32,000 nucleotides of DNA from Pseudonocardiaceae bacterium. GTDB taxonomy: Bacteria > Actinomycetota > Actinomycetes > Mycobacteriales > Pseudonocardiaceae. The stretch covers positions 48,967 to 80,966 of the forward strand of contig JBOHFF010000071.1 of the NCBI GenBank assembly GCA_050699515.1, in the 5' to 3' direction. A program made the position numbers and the translations under genes. The notes under the pieces were generated by a model. It searched no databases, was not told the origin of the DNA, and saw nothing but the letters and a program-made list of their open reading frames with translations. Every line of letters begins with the position of its first letter. The first letter of the stretch is position 1. Below, piece by piece: positions 1 through 9,405 of the stretch.

Positions 1-84
1 GGTGGCTCCCTCGCCGAACTCGACGTTCTCGTTGGGCACGCCGGCAGCAGTGCGGGCTGCCGCGAAATACCGCACGGTCACCAC
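1..84 (-). CDS. MoaD/ThiS-family sulfur-carrier protein, first 28 codons only (gene runs off the left edge)
   Basis: Too short for the ORF track. The reverse strand reads GGAGG, 7 nt, then GTG GTG ACC GTG CGG TAT TTC GCG GCA GCC CGC. This translates to VVTVRYFAAARTAAGVPNENVEFGEGAT, the usual 'VTVRYFAxxRxxxG' start of MoaD-type proteins. It lies divergent to a molybdate uptake operon. Confidence 0.5.
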   Translation of the reverse strand, partial: MVTVRYFAAARTAAGVPNENVEFGEGAT

Positions 85-129
85 GGGCAGGCCTCCGTTC
101 CTCGTCTCAGCGCTGGCTCAACTCTACGT

Positions 130-151
130 CGATGAGGCAATTGCTTCATCG
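130..151. promoter_or_regulatory. 22-bp near-perfect palindrome (candidate operator) in the moaD / HTH-TOBE divergent intergenic region
   Basis: The sequence is CGATGAGGCAATTGCTTCATCG. 10 of 11 symmetric positions pair, with a GCAATTGC core. It lies between divergent start codons at 84 (-) and 273 (+). Confidence 0.35.
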
Positions 152-272
152 CTGGTGGCGGCACAATCCGTGTCCCGTTCATGTCCGGTCAATGCACTGG
201 TAAAACGGGTACGCCGAGGGGCTTGTGTTCCTCAGGAGCGGAGGTATTCTGCACCGCGTGCCGCACTACCGG

Positions 273-662
273 ATGGCAGAGATAGCTGAGCTGTTCGGCG
301 TCAGCGATGACACTGTTCGACGCTGGGCGGACTCCGGGCAGCTGACCGCGATCCGCGATGCCGGCGGTCGCAAAGCCGTGGACGGGGTGGAACTCGCGGC
401 GTTCGCCAAGGCGCTGGCGCACGCCACGCCCGACCCGTCGATGGTGGATCGCTCGGCACGCAACCGGTTTGTCGGGCTGGTCACCGAGGTGGTCTCGGAC
501 CGGGTGATGTCGCAGGTGGAGATCCAGTGCGGGCCACACCGGGTGGTCTCGCTGATGAGCACCGAAGCGGTACGGGAACTGGGGCTCGTGCCAGGGGTGC
601 TCGCGGTGGCCGTGGTGAAGTCGACCCAGGTCGTGGTCGAGACCCCAGGAGGACGGGCATGA
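273..662 (+). CDS. MerR/excisionase-type HTH + TOBE (Mop-like molybdate-binding) domain regulator
   Basis: Internal ATG of ORF 225..662. The N-terminus is MAEIAELFGVSDDTVRRWADSGQLTAI (excisionase-family HTH). The C-terminal half is NRFVGLVTEVVSDRVMSQVEIQCGPHRVVSLMSTEAVRELGLVPGVLAVAVVKSTQVVVE (TOBE-like). Its stop overlaps the modA ATG (ATGA at 659-662). Confidence 0.8.
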   Translation: MAEIAELFGVSDDTVRRWADSGQLTAIRDAGGRKAVDGVELAAFAKALAHATPDPSMVDRSARNRFVGLVTEVVSDRVMSQVEIQCGPHRVVSLMSTEAVRELGLVPGVLAVAVVKSTQVVVETPGGRA

Positions 663-1414
663 CGCGGTTGGTGATCGTCGGTCTCGCGGCCGGGCTGGCT
701 CTTGTCGGTTGCGGGCAGACCGGCCCCGCAGCGCCACCCAGCGTGCCGGTCACGGTGTTCGCAGCGGCCTCCCTCTCGGAAGTCTTCACCGCGTTGAAGC
801 CGCAGTTCGAAGCCGCTAATCCCGGCGCACAGCTGAGGTTCAGTTTCGCCGGCTCATCGGATCTGGCTCAACAGATCGTCAACGGCGCGCCCGCGGACGT
901 CTTCGCATCGGCCAACACCACGCAGATGAAGGTCGTCCAGGACGCGGGAAAACTCGCCGGTGAACCGGAGCCGTTCGTGACGAACGTGCTCACCATCGTG
1001 GTGCCCCCGGGTAATCCGAAGAACATCCGCTCGTTCGCCGATCTGGCCAAGCCGGGAGTCACCGAGGTCGTGTGCGCCCCGCAGGTGCCCTGCGGGGCCG
1101 CCGCCACCAAGATCGAGAAAGAGACCGGCGTCGAGCTCAGCCCGGCCAGCGAGGAGCAGGATGTGCTCTCGGTGCTCTCCAAGGTCGAGGCCAAGGTCGC
1201 CGACGCCGGGCTGGTCTACGTCACCGACGCCCGCACCGCCGCGGGCAAGGTCGAGGAGATCGGTTTTCCGGAGGCCACGACCGCGATCAACACCTATCCC
1301 ATCGCTGCGATCAGCAACTCCCCACACGCTCAGCTCGCGCAGGCCTTCGTAGCATTCATCCGCAGCCCTGCGGCGCAACAGCGCTTTGCCGCCGCCGGCT
1401 TCGGTCCTGCTTGA
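659..1414 (+). CDS. modA: Molybdate ABC transporter substrate-binding lipoprotein
   Basis: Internal ATG of ORF 527..1414. Signal peptide and lipobox [19 protein letters not shown]. ModA-like body (VFAAASL...[13 protein letters not shown]...ADVFASAN). Followed by permease and ATPase genes. Confidence 0.9.
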   Translation: MTRLVIVGLAAGLALVGCGQTGPAAPPSVPVTVFAAASLSEVFTALKPQFEAANPGAQLRFSFAGSSDLAQQIVNGAPADVFASANTTQMKVVQDAGKLAGEPEPFVTNVLTIVVPPGNPKNIRSFADLAKPGVTEVVCAPQVPCGAAATKIEKETGVELSPASEEQDVLSVLSKVEAKVADAGLVYVTDARTAAGKVEEIGFPEATTAINTYPIAAISNSPHAQLAQAFVAFIRSPAAQQRFAAAGFGPA

Positions 1415-1445
1415 ATCGGGCCGGGTCGGGCACCCAGTACCCGCG

Positions 1446-2258
1446 ATGACCCAGGTCAGGGATCCGCACCCGGTTCACACCGGCCTACCAGGTGTGCTGT
1501 GGCTCCCTGCGCTGGGGGCGCTCGGGTTGATCTCGCTGCCGGTGATCGGGCTGCTGGTGCGGGCACCCTGGTCCCGGTTCGTCGAGCTGGTCACCAGCGA
1601 CGCGGCGCTCGCCGCGCTGAAGCTCTCGCTCTACACCGCAGCGGTCTCCACCCTGCTGTGCGTGCTGCTCGGCGGGCCGCTGGCGGTGGTGCTGGCCCGC
1701 GGATCGGCGCCGGGTCTGCGGCTGCTGCGCTCGATGGTGCTGCTCCCGTTGGTCCTGCCACCGGTGGTCGGCGGGCTGGCGTTGCTGTATCTGCTCGGCA
1801 TCACCGGGTTCGCCGGGTACGCCCTGGACCTGATCTTCGGGATACGCGTCCCGTTCACCACCACGGCGGTGGTGCTGGCGCAGACGTTCGTGGCGATGCC
1901 GTTTCTGGTGGTGAGCCTGGAAGGGGCACTGCGCACCGGCGGGGAACGCTACGAGTCGATCGCGGCGACGCTAGGAGCCACCCCCTGGACGGTGTTCCGC
2001 CGGGTCACTGTCCCGCTGGCGCTGCCGGGTCTGGGCTCCGGCACGGTGCTCAGCTTCGCACGCTGCCTGGGGGAGTTCGGTGCCACCATCGCCTTCGCCG
2101 GCAGCTTGCAGGGCGTGACCAGAACCCTGCCGCTGGAGGTCTACCTGCAGCGGGAAACCGACCCCGACGGGGCGATCGCGCTGTCCCTGCTGCTCGTGGT
2201 GGTGGCCATCGCGGTGATCGTGGTGGGCCGCCCACGCTCGGTGGAAGGTTTGCAATGA
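1446..2258 (+). CDS. modB: Molybdate ABC transporter permease
   Basis: ORF 1386..2258 with the likely ATG at 1446. Polytopic hydrophobic protein with an ABC permease EAA-type loop ([29 protein letters not shown]). Confidence 0.9.
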   Translation: MTQVRDPHPVHTGLPGVLWLPALGALGLISLPVIGLLVRAPWSRFVELVTSDAALAALKLSLYTAAVSTLLCVLLGGPLAVVLARGSAPGLRLLRSMVLLPLVLPPVVGGLALLYLLGITGFAGYALDLIFGIRVPFTTTAVVLAQTFVAMPFLVVSLEGALRTGGERYESIAATLGATPWTVFRRVTVPLALPGLGSGTVLSFARCLGEFGATIAFAGSLQGVTRTLPLEVYLQRETDPDGAIALSLLLVVVAIAVIVVGRPRSVEGLQ

Positions 2259-3340
2259 CGGCCGGGTTGCACGCCGAGGTCGCCGTTCGCCGTGGCGAGT
2301 TCGCCCTGGAGGCGACGGTGCAGGTCTCGCCCGGCGAGGTGGTCGCGGTACTGGGACGCAACGGATCCGGCAAGTCGACCCTGCTCGCCGCACTCGCTGG
2401 GCTGCTGCGTCCGGACAACGGGCGGATCGTGCTGGGGGAGCGGGTGCTCACCGACACCGCCGCCGGGGTGGCGCTGCCGCCGCACCGGCGCCGCATCGGG
2501 TTGCTGGCCCAGCAGCCGCTGCTGTTCCCCCACCTGTCCGTGCTGGACAACGTCGCGTTCGGCCCGATGGCCACCGGGAGCGGCCGCCGGGCCGCGCGGG
2601 AGGCCGCGCATCGGCACCTCACCGAGGTGGACGCGGCGCAGTTCGCTTCGCGGCGCCCCAGTCGGCTGTCCGGCGGGCAGGCGCAACGCATCGCGCTGGC
2701 CCGGGCGCTGGCGTCCGAGCCGGAGCTGCTGTTGCTGGATGAGCCGCTCTCCGCGGTGGACGTGGAGTTCGCTCCCGCATTGCGGTCGCTGCTGCAGACG
2801 GTGCTGGCCGATCGCATCGCGCTCATCGTGACTCACCAGGTGATCGACGCGTTGATGCTGGCCGACCAGGTGGTGGTGCTCGACGGTGGCCACGTGGTGG
2901 AGCAGGGCTCGACGCGGGAGGTGCTCACCCGGCCGCGCAGCACCTTCGCCGCGCGGCTCGCCGGGCTGAATCTGGTCTCCGGGACCGCGACGGCCGGAGG
3001 GTTACGAGCCGACGACGGCACCGAGCTGTTCGGTCTGATCGACTCCACCGTGGAGGGTAGCGCAGCAGTCGCGGTGTTCACCCCGGCGGCCGTGGCGGTG
3101 TACGTCGATCCGCCTAAGGGCAGCCCGCGCAACGTGATCTCCGACCGGGTCGAGGTCCTGGAGCCCAACGGCACGCTGGTCCGGGTGCGCGGTGCGGCCG
3201 GGCTGGCCGCCGACATCACCCCCGCCGCCGCGGTGGAGCTGGGGCTGCGCACCGGCGGAGCAGTGTGGTTCGTGGTCAAGGCCGCCGAGGTCGCCGTGTA
3301 CGGCACGAATGGCTCGGGCGGGACCGTGCGTTCGGGATGA
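2255..3340 (+). CDS. modC: Molybdate ABC transporter ATP-binding protein with C-terminal TOBE-like domain
   Basis: Its ATG overlaps the modB stop (ATGA at 2255-2258). Walker [10 protein letters not shown], signature LSGGQAQR, Walker B LLLLDEP. The part of ORF 1499..3340 upstream of 2255 is an out-of-frame overlap with modB. Confidence 0.9.
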   Translation: MTAGLHAEVAVRRGEFALEATVQVSPGEVVAVLGRNGSGKSTLLAALAGLLRPDNGRIVLGERVLTDTAAGVALPPHRRRIGLLAQQPLLFPHLSVLDNVAFGPMATGSGRRAAREAAHRHLTEVDAAQFASRRPSRLSGGQAQRIALARALASEPELLLLDEPLSAVDVEFAPALRSLLQTVLADRIALIVTHQVIDALMLADQVVVLDGGHVVEQGSTREVLTRPRSTFAARLAGLNLVSGTATAGGLRADDGTELFGLIDSTVEGSAAVAVFTPAAVAVYVDPPKGSPRNVISDRVEVLEPNGTLVRVRGAAGLAADITPAAAVELGLRTGGAVWFVVKAAEVAVYGTNGSGGTVRSG

Positions 3341-3380
3341 GATCCCGTATTCCGAGATCATTGCGAGCACGTCGTAGCAC

Positions 3381-3905
3381 TCAGGGAGACGGTTCTGGGC
3401 TGCCGTTCGGCCATACGCACGGTGAGCTTGCGATAATGAAAAGCCCGCCGTTGTCATTGGACTGGAGTGCCATTCTGAAGCCATCTTGATTGTTCTCAAC
3501 CCACAGGTACATATCAGTGGAGCTGAGACGCGAGTCATCCAGGACGCGGTAGTCATGTTGCTGCCACCAGTCGCGAAGAAGGCTGAAGAACTGGGGATAC
3601 TGGTCGGGAGGCAGCTCGTGGATCTGGTAGGTGGTGGATGCGGTGACGCGTCCCTTCGGGCCGTTGTCACTGGGATCATCGCATGGCGTGGAATGTGTGA
3701 GTTGTGACTCTAAACGTGCTGTGGAAGGCAGTTGCGCTACAGCGGCGCGGACGTTGTCCTCGACGCGTTTGGCGGCTTGTTGCTCGGTAATGGTATTACT
3801 CATCGCTTGACCTCCTGGCCCGTTGCACGCCGCGCTGAAGAGCCCCAAGGCGAACAACCCCAAGGTGAACAACAGAGCAACGATGCGCCTGCGTGAGTGT
3901 AACAC
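3381..3905 (-). CDS. Hypothetical secreted lipoprotein
   Basis: GTG start preceded by AGGAG. Signal peptide and lipobox LFALGLFSAAC. It lies 20 nt downstream of the hydrolase gene on the same strand. G+C is lower than the flanks. No recognisable catalytic motif. Confidence 0.65.
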   Translation of the reverse strand: MLHSRRRIVALLFTLGLFALGLFSAACNGPGGQAMSNTITEQQAAKRVEDNVRAAVAQLPSTARLESQLTHSTPCDDPSDNGPKGRVTASTTYQIHELPPDQYPQFFSLLRDWWQQHDYRVLDDSRLSSTDMYLWVENNQDGFRMALQSNDNGGLFIIASSPCVWPNGSPEPSP

Positions 3906-3925
3906 GTCAACTCAATCTCCTGAGA

Positions 3926-5323
3926 TTAGTAGGTTGGTTTTCCGGCGATGATGCGGCCTGTGTTGACGAGGGACTTGTTACCATCATCCCAATACTGGCT
4001 GTGGACGGCTCCGTTCCAACCCATCGTGTACCAGGGTCCGGCTTCGCCCGGGTTCGAATCGAAATTTTCGCCACCGAAGGAGAGGGCTGTTGGAGATGGG
4101 CCGTGGATGCCGGCGACGAGTTTGATCGGATCGTATTGAGCGACGGTGGAATGCACGTGCTGACCGACCTGGTCCGAAGGGACGCCGTCAAGATGCAGCT
4201 GGTCGGCGCGGGTCACGCCGACGCCGGGGCTGCCGACGAACACGACATCGTCGGCGTTGAGGGTCCCGTCGCGCGCGGCGTGCCCGATCACCGTGGTGCC
4301 GTAGCTGTGGCCAACTATCGTGTTGTGCGCCGGAGCACCCATGTGTGAAGCGCGCAAGCCGTCCTGGAAACGATCCAAGTCCTGCCTTGCGCCATCAGCC
4401 CACCTATCTTGGGTGGCGTCGATGAGTTCGGGGGGCGCGTCGTACCCGACCCAAGTAATCACCGCAGTGGATGGGGATCCTGCGATGCGTGCGGCTAGCT
4501 CCATGCTGTCCGATCGTTGCAGATGACTATTGACGCCGCCGAGGTTCGCTCCCGTGCCCGGCACGTAGGTGGCGACGTTCGCCGCCGTGTCCGGGTCTCC
4601 CACCGCCACGATCGCACGACCGGGGCCTGAAGAGTCGAAGCCGAGCAGGAAGGCGGGCGGCTTGGCGTGATCGTTGAGCCGCTTTTCGATCGCGTCGATA
4701 CCAGCGAGACTCTTGTTGATCGAGTCGAGTTGGTCGCTCTGCTCGGAGGTTCGGGTGTCACCGAGTTGGTCCAGGCGTTCCTTGTCAGCCTGCAATCGCC
4801 CTTTCTGATCTGCCATGACGGAACGGTTGGCCCGATCGCGGACCGCGCTGGGCAAGCCATCGAGCCGCGCCAACTGGTCGGGATGCGTCAACAATAGTGA
4901 CTCCTGCTGCGCCGGGCTCAGACCGTCCCACCACTTCTTCACCTCGCCGGGTTCGGTCGGCGGGTTGAGTGGGGGGACTTGGCCCACATCCTGTACGTGA
5001 TCGCCGCCAGGATCATTCGCACTTGCGTGCGCTACCGCACTGGGTGGGGCGTCATCGGCTTTGAAGATGTCCTCGACGACCTGTTGGGCTGCGTGCTCGA
5101 GCTTGTCCAGTTTGGCTACGATCTGGTTCAGCTGGTTGACGTCCTGGCCCCAGTCGTAGCGCCACTTCCCAGCGAGGCTGCTATCCCAGTGGTTGGGATC
5201 CGCGAGTGTGCCGCCGTGTTGCAGAACCCTGCGCACCTGTTCCTTCACAGGCCCGGTCAGGGCATGCAACTGCTTTGCGGCGTCTCGTGCCTGTTGGGTG
5301 GCGAGTACCCGTCCAGCAGGCAT
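3926..5323 (-). CDS. Two-domain protein: N-terminal WXG100-like helical region + C-terminal DUF1023-type alpha/beta-hydrolase
   Basis: 465 aa. The N-terminus QQARDAAKQLHALTGPVKEQVRRVLQHGGTLADPNHWDSSLAGKWRYDW looks like a helical hairpin. The C-terminal domain carries the nucleophile elbow GHSYGTTV and VFVGSPG. RBS GAGGGAGCGGAGCA precedes the ATG. Confidence 0.8.
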   Translation of the reverse strand: MPAGRVLATQQARDAAKQLHALTGPVKEQVRRVLQHGGTLADPNHWDSSLAGKWRYDWGQDVNQLNQIVAKLDKLEHAAQQVVEDIFKADDAPPSAVAHASANDPGGDHVQDVGQVPPLNPPTEPGEVKKWWDGLSPAQQESLLLTHPDQLARLDGLPSAVRDRANRSVMADQKGRLQADKERLDQLGDTRTSEQSDQLDSINKSLAGIDAIEKRLNDHAKPPAFLLGFDSSGPGRAIVAVGDPDTAANVATYVPGTGANLGGVNSHLQRSDSMELAARIAGSPSTAVITWVGYDAPPELIDATQDRWADGARQDLDRFQDGLRASHMGAPAHNTIVGHSYGTTVIGHAARDGTLNADDVVFVGSPGVGVTRADQLHLDGVPSDQVGQHVHSTVAQYDPIKLVAGIHGPSPTALSFGGENFDSNPGEAGPWYTMGWNGAVHSQYWDDGNKSLVNTGRIIAGKPTY

Positions 5324-5516
5324 TGCTCCGCTCCCTCACGGTGAAGCAGCGAATCCAGAGGCTAAGCCCGTTCCTTCAGAGCGGTTCTGAATGGAAGGGG
5401 CGCGACCCACGACGGTCGTTGGTCGGTGATTCGTTGCCTTCCCATGCTATCATCATGGTTAGGTACCATCGGCGTGCATGATGGCTTCGACGGTCTGCTA
5501 GGCCCTTTTCTCGAGC

Positions 5517-5699
5517 TCATCCGGTTTTGTGGCCGTCTGGAGTTTCTGGCGTCTCGTCCCATTCGCCGCGCCACTTCTGGGAGAAGGTGCCGTCCCATTG
5601 ATCGGCGTCCGCGCTGATGTACGAACTTCGCGATCTGTTCCTTCAAAGGCCCCGTAGCGGCAGTAACCGCTTCGCGGTGTCTCTTGCCCGCGCTCCAAC
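5517..5699 (-). pseudogene. Decayed paralogue of the WXG-like N-terminal module of 3926..5323 (two frameshifts)
   Basis: My hand translation of the reverse strand gives VGARARDTAKRLLPLRGL* in one frame, TGPLKEQIAKFVHQRG in a second, then ISADADQWDGTFSQKWRGEWDE...* back in the first. These are collinear with ATQQARDAAKQLHALTGPVKEQVRRVLQHGGTLADPNHWDSSLAGKWRYDW of the neighbouring gene. Confidence 0.5.
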
Positions 5700-5746
5700 T
5701 GGGTGGCTGCTGGTTGCCGCCAGCGACGTCGCCTGATCCGACGTGA

Positions 5747-5781
5747 CCTGGCCGGTGAGATCCTGGCCGGTGAGATCCTGG
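5747..5781. repeat. 15-bp tandem direct repeat, 2.3 copies (CCTGGCCGGTGAGAT)
   Basis: Read directly: CCTGGCCGGTGAGAT CCTGGCCGGTGAGAT CCTGG. It lies about 60 bp upstream of the acyl-CoA synthetase start. Confidence 0.9.
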
Positions 5782-5842
5782 ACGGGCAACCGGCGCGAAT
5801 GGTTGCATGTCTTCGGTCACTGCCCTCCCGAGGAGGTGGTCC

Positions 5843-7492
5843 GTGGGGCCTGAGCTTCCGTCGTATGCGTCGGGCGTGTCGGAGCTGCCGCTGCTGGGCG
5901 ACACGATCGGCGATGACTTCGACCGCTCAGCCGCTCGCTTCGGCGAACGGGAGGCGCTGGTCGATCACCCGAGTGGGCGCCGGTGGACGTATGCGCAGTT
6001 GCGCGCCGAGGTGGACGCGCTGGCGTGCGGGCTGCTGCGTGCGGGGATCGGCAAGGGCGACCGGGTCGGCATCTGGGCGCCGAACTGCCCGGAGTGGCTG
6101 TTCACGCAGTACGCCACGGCGAAGATCGGCGCGATCCTGGTCACCGTCAATCCCGCGTACCGGACCAGCGAACTGGAATATGTGATCAAGGCGGCCGGGA
6201 TCACGCTGCTGATCGCCGCGAGGTCGTTCAAGACCGCCGACTATGCCGCGATGATCTCCGAGGTTCGGCCGCGCTGTCCCGCGCTGGGAAACGTGCTGCT
6301 GATCGGTTCTCCCGGCTGGGATGCGCTCCCGGTGCGCGGCGGTGCCGCGCCGGCGCCGGCGGAGTTGTCCCCGGACGACCCGATCAATATCCAGTACACC
6401 TCGGGAACCACCGGCTTCCCCAAAGGTGCCACGCTCTCGCACCACAACATCCTCAACAACGGCTATTTCGTCGGTGAGCTGTGCGGTTACACCGAGGCGG
6501 ACCGGATCTGCGTGCCGGTCCCGCTCTACCACTGTTTCGGCATGGTGATGGGCAATCTGGCGGCCACCTCGCACGGTGCCTGCCTGGTGTACCCGGGGCC
6601 ATCGTTCGAGCCGGCGGCTACCCTCTCGGCCGTCGCGCAGCAGCGGTGTACCTCGCTGTACGGGGTGCCCACCATGTTCATCGCCATGCTAGCGGAGTTG
6701 AATTCGACAGAGCCCGGCTTCGAGTCCTATGATCTGTCCTCGCTGCGCACCGGGATCATGGCCGGCTCGCCGTGCCCGGTGGAGGTCATGAAGCAGGTCA
6801 TCGGGTTGATGGGCATGACCGAGGTGACGATCTGTTACGGCATGACCGAGACCTCCCCGGTGTCCACCCAGACCCGGGCCGGCGACACCCTGGCTCGGCG
6901 GGTGTCCACGGTCGGCCGGGTGCACCCGCACCTCGAAGTGAAGATCATCGACCCGGACACCGGCCGGACCGTGCCGCGCGGGACTCCCGGTGAGCTGTGC
7001 ACCCGCGGGTACTCGGTCATGTTGGGTTACTGGGAGCAGCCGCAGCGGACCGCCGAGGTGATCGACCAGGCCCGCTGGATGCACACCGGGGACATCGCGG
7101 TGATGGACTCCGAGGGCTACCTCAACATCACCGGGCGGATCAAGGATATGATCATCCGGGGTGGGGAGAACGTGTACCCTCGGGAGATCGAGGAGTTTCT
7201 CCACACTCACCCGGATATCCTGGACGCTCAGGTGGTCGGCGTCCCCGACGCGCGATACGGAGAGGAGCTGTGCGCCTGGGTACGGCTGCGCCCGGGTGCC
7301 GCGGAGCTCACTGCCGAGGCGCTGCGGGAGCACGCCATCGGCAAGCTCGCCTACTTCAAGATCCCTCGGTACGTGCACATGGTGGAGGAGTTCCCGATGA
7401 CCGTCACCGGCAAGGTGCGCAAGGCGGAGATGCGCGAACGCTCGGCGCAGTTACTCGGGTTGGGCGACCTCGCTGCCACGAAGTACGCCTGA
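5843..7492 (+). CDS. AMP-dependent acyl-CoA synthetase/ligase (FadD-like)
   Basis: ORF 5807..7492. The GTG at 5843 lies 6 nt after AGGAGG. AMP-binding signature [16 protein letters not shown]. Later motifs [41 protein letters not shown] and a C-terminal GKVRK. Confidence 0.9.
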   Translation: MGPELPSYASGVSELPLLGDTIGDDFDRSAARFGEREALVDHPSGRRWTYAQLRAEVDALACGLLRAGIGKGDRVGIWAPNCPEWLFTQYATAKIGAILVTVNPAYRTSELEYVIKAAGITLLIAARSFKTADYAAMISEVRPRCPALGNVLLIGSPGWDALPVRGGAAPAPAELSPDDPINIQYTSGTTGFPKGATLSHHNILNNGYFVGELCGYTEADRICVPVPLYHCFGMVMGNLAATSHGACLVYPGPSFEPAATLSAVAQQRCTSLYGVPTMFIAMLAELNSTEPGFESYDLSSLRTGIMAGSPCPVEVMKQVIGLMGMTEVTICYGMTETSPVSTQTRAGDTLARRVSTVGRVHPHLEVKIIDPDTGRTVPRGTPGELCTRGYSVMLGYWEQPQRTAEVIDQARWMHTGDIAVMDSEGYLNITGRIKDMIIRGGENVYPREIEEFLHTHPDILDAQVVGVPDARYGEELCAWVRLRPGAAELTAEALREHAIGKLAYFKIPRYVHMVEEFPMTVTGKVRKAEMRERSAQLLGLGDLAATKYA

Positions 7493-7639
7493 GACTGATC
7501 TTATGTGGCGAGAGAGGCCCGAAATACGGCCGGAAGTCGTAAGCTGGGGCGCACGCGTCCCGGGTGCGATGGGGGCGCGTTCGTCTTGCGGGTCTTGCAT
7601 TTCCGGCAGGCGGTACTCCACGAGGGAACGGTGAGGTCA

Positions 7640-8026
7640 GTGCCGACCGGCAAGGTCAAGTGGTACGACGCGGGTAAGGGCTTCGGATTCGTCACGCAGG
7701 ACGGGGGTGCCGACGTCTACGTGCGCTCCACTGCGCTTCCCTCTGGGGTGACGGATCTCAAGACCGGCCAGCGGGTCGAGTTCGGGGTGGCTGACGGGCG
7801 CCGCGGCCCGCAGGCGCTGTCCGTGCGGTTGCTGGAGTCGCCGCCGTCAGTGGCGGAGGCCCGGCGCCGACCCGCCGAGGAGCTGCACGGCATGATCGAC
7901 GACATGATCAGGTTGCTGGAGTCGGGCGTCCAGCCCGACCTGCGACGCGGCCGCTACCCCGACCGCCGCACCACCAAGCGCATCGGCGAGCTCGTGCGCG
8001 CCGTCGCCCACGAGCTCGACCCCTGA
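7640..8026 (+). CDS. Cold-shock domain protein with C-terminal extension
   Basis: CSD with RNP1 motif [25 protein letters not shown]. The start is GTG at 7640 (or 7631) after GAGG. The upstream part of ORF 7505..8026 is probably a long 5' leader. Confidence 0.85.
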   Translation: MPTGKVKWYDAGKGFGFVTQDGGADVYVRSTALPSGVTDLKTGQRVEFGVADGRRGPQALSVRLLESPPSVAEARRRPAEELHGMIDDMIRLLESGVQPDLRRGRYPDRRTTKRIGELVRAVAHELDP

Positions 8027-8243
8027 CTGGTGCGGTCCAGAGCCTGGTGATGCTCGGATCGATGCAGAATGACCGGGCACCGTCCTCCCACCGAAGGGGG
8101 TAGCAGCACATCGGCCGTGCGGCCCGGTCCGGGATTGCTCTGGTCGCGCCTGGGCCAAGGCGTGGGTACCGTTCATGATTGCGGGCATTCGCCACGATTG
8201 CGGGCGTCAGCCCCGTCGCGGCCCGTGCTCTACGGAGGTTCCC

Positions 8244-8810
8244 ATGGCCACTCCCGACATCCTCATCGCCAAGATCAATCATGGCTTCGACTACCTCGAC
8301 GCCGATGGCGACGGCCAACTCACCGAGCACGATCACGTCCTGATGGGGCAGCGGGTCGCCACCTCGCTCGGCCACCCGCCCGGCTCACCATCCGAGCAAC
8401 AGATCATCGAGGCCTACCTGCGAATCTGGCGGGACCTGCACCTACCGCACATCCCCGGCGGGGGCGTCGCGATCTCCAAGGAGCAGTTCCTGGAATCCAC
8501 CCTGGCACTGGCCACCGACCCGACCGCCGCGCAGAGGACCGTCGGCGCGGTCGCCACGGCGTTCCTGGCGATCGCGGACACCGACCACGACGGTCAGGTC
8601 GGCCCTGCGGAATTCCGGGCATTCCAGGGCGGGCACTTCCCCGACCTGACCGAGGCCGACACCAACGAGGCCTTCGCGCATCTGGACACCGACGGCGACG
8701 GCCACCTCACAGCTGAAGAGTTCACCCAAGCCGTCGTCGAGTACTGGTCCAGCAACGACCCGGAGGCCCCCGGTAACTGGTGGATGGGCCGGCCCGTCTA
8801 CCAGCGCTAA
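8244..8810 (+). CDS. EF-hand calcium-binding protein (calerythrin / sarcoplasmic CaBP-like)
   Basis: ATG at 8244 preceded by GGAGG. Three canonical EF loops: DADGDGQLTEHD, DTDHDGQVGPAEF and DTDGDGHLTAEEF. Confidence 0.85.
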   Translation: MATPDILIAKINHGFDYLDADGDGQLTEHDHVLMGQRVATSLGHPPGSPSEQQIIEAYLRIWRDLHLPHIPGGGVAISKEQFLESTLALATDPTAAQRTVGAVATAFLAIADTDHDGQVGPAEFRAFQGGHFPDLTEADTNEAFAHLDTDGDGHLTAEEFTQAVVEYWSSNDPEAPGNWWMGRPVYQR

Positions 8811-8968
8811 GCTCAGCTGAGGTCTGGTGCTCCTCGAAAGAACTGCCTTCATCTATTCCGGGGTGTTCGCCGAGGCGGGCAAGCGTCCAGCATGCGGGGG
8901 TCCGCCCGCTGCGGTCGAGCGTCAGCGAGGACACCCTGGGTCTGCGTGGGTTTGATTGTGGTCTCGGG

Positions 8969-9190
8969 TCACTTGAGGTGCTTGTTGAACCAGTCGATCG
9001 GGATCTCGGGGTGGGCGCCGAAGTAGTTGTAGCCATCGAAGCGACGGTCCGTGCCTTCGATCCAGTGCAGCTCTTTGTCGGCGACGGACAGGGCATCGAA
9101 GATCGACTGGACGTCTTCATGCCCCGGCGGCGCTGCCGTGGGCGTTCGGGTACCCGTAATCGACCTTGGCAAAACGATCTCAGCGGGCAC
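8969..9190 (-). pseudogene. C-terminal fragment of an alpha/beta-hydrolase (COG1073-like)
   Basis: The 73-aa ORF ends in KELHWIEGTDRRFDGYNYFGAHPEIPIDWFNKHLK, which resembles the last ~60 residues of alpha/beta-fold hydrolases. There is no room upstream for the catalytic core. Confidence 0.45.
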
Positions 9191-9204
9191 GGCGAGTGCC
9201 TGGC

Positions 9205-9276
9205 CTGCGCCACGAGGAGGTCGCCCAGCTCGCCGCGATCAGCACCGACTACTACACCCACCTGGAGCAAGGCGGT
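9205..9276 (+). pseudogene. About 24-codon fragment of an XRE/MmyB-like HTH regulator
   Basis: The frame not reported as an ORF reads LRHEEVAQLAAISTDYYTHLEQGG. This matches the conserved 'GLRREEVAQLAGVSxDYYTRLEQGR' helix of MmyB-type regulators. The similarity stops abruptly on both sides. Confidence 0.4.
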
Positions 9277-9311
9277 GGGACCTCGAGGCCTGGGCATAGG
9301 CTTCGGTGGTG

Positions 9312-9375
9312 TCACAGGCCTAGATAGGATAAGTCCGACTGCCCTTGGGTCTCACAGGCATAGCTTGGGTATGGT
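9312..9375 (+). promoter_or_regulatory. Repeat-rich leader of the BREX operon (candidate operator/promoter)
   Basis: TCACAGGC occurs at 9312-9319 and 9352-9359, 40 bp apart. CTTGGGT occurs at 9344-9350 and 9364-9370, 20 bp apart. A possible TTGGGT, 19 nt, TATGGT arrangement is present. GAGAGGAG precedes the ATG at 9406. The function is inferred only. Confidence 0.3.
9359..9368. repeat. Left copy of the 10-bp direct repeat CATAGCTTGG bracketing the BREX operon
   Basis: An identical 10-mer occurs at 25447-25456. The match is certain. Its significance as an att or target-duplication site is not. Confidence 0.3.
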
Positions 9376-9405
9376 AGAGCGGCGCTGCACGTCAGAGAGG
9401 AGTCG

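Noticed and set aside
85-272. Possible Moco riboswitch in the moaD leader.
   Set aside because: The context is suggestive, but I could not recognise the conserved Moco-motif helices by eye. It needs a covariance-model scan.
1499-2254. N-terminal 252 codons of the 613-aa ORF that ends as modC.
   Set aside because: It overlaps modB out of frame. The ModC homology, including the Walker A motif, starts right after the ATG at 2255, which is coupled to the modB stop.
5362-5904. 180-aa minus-strand ORF upstream of the hydrolase gene.
   Set aside because: Only its middle section (TGPLKEQIAKFVHQRG) resembles anything. The flanking similarity continues in another frame, so I read it as one frame of a frameshifted pseudogene (5517..5699), not an intact gene.
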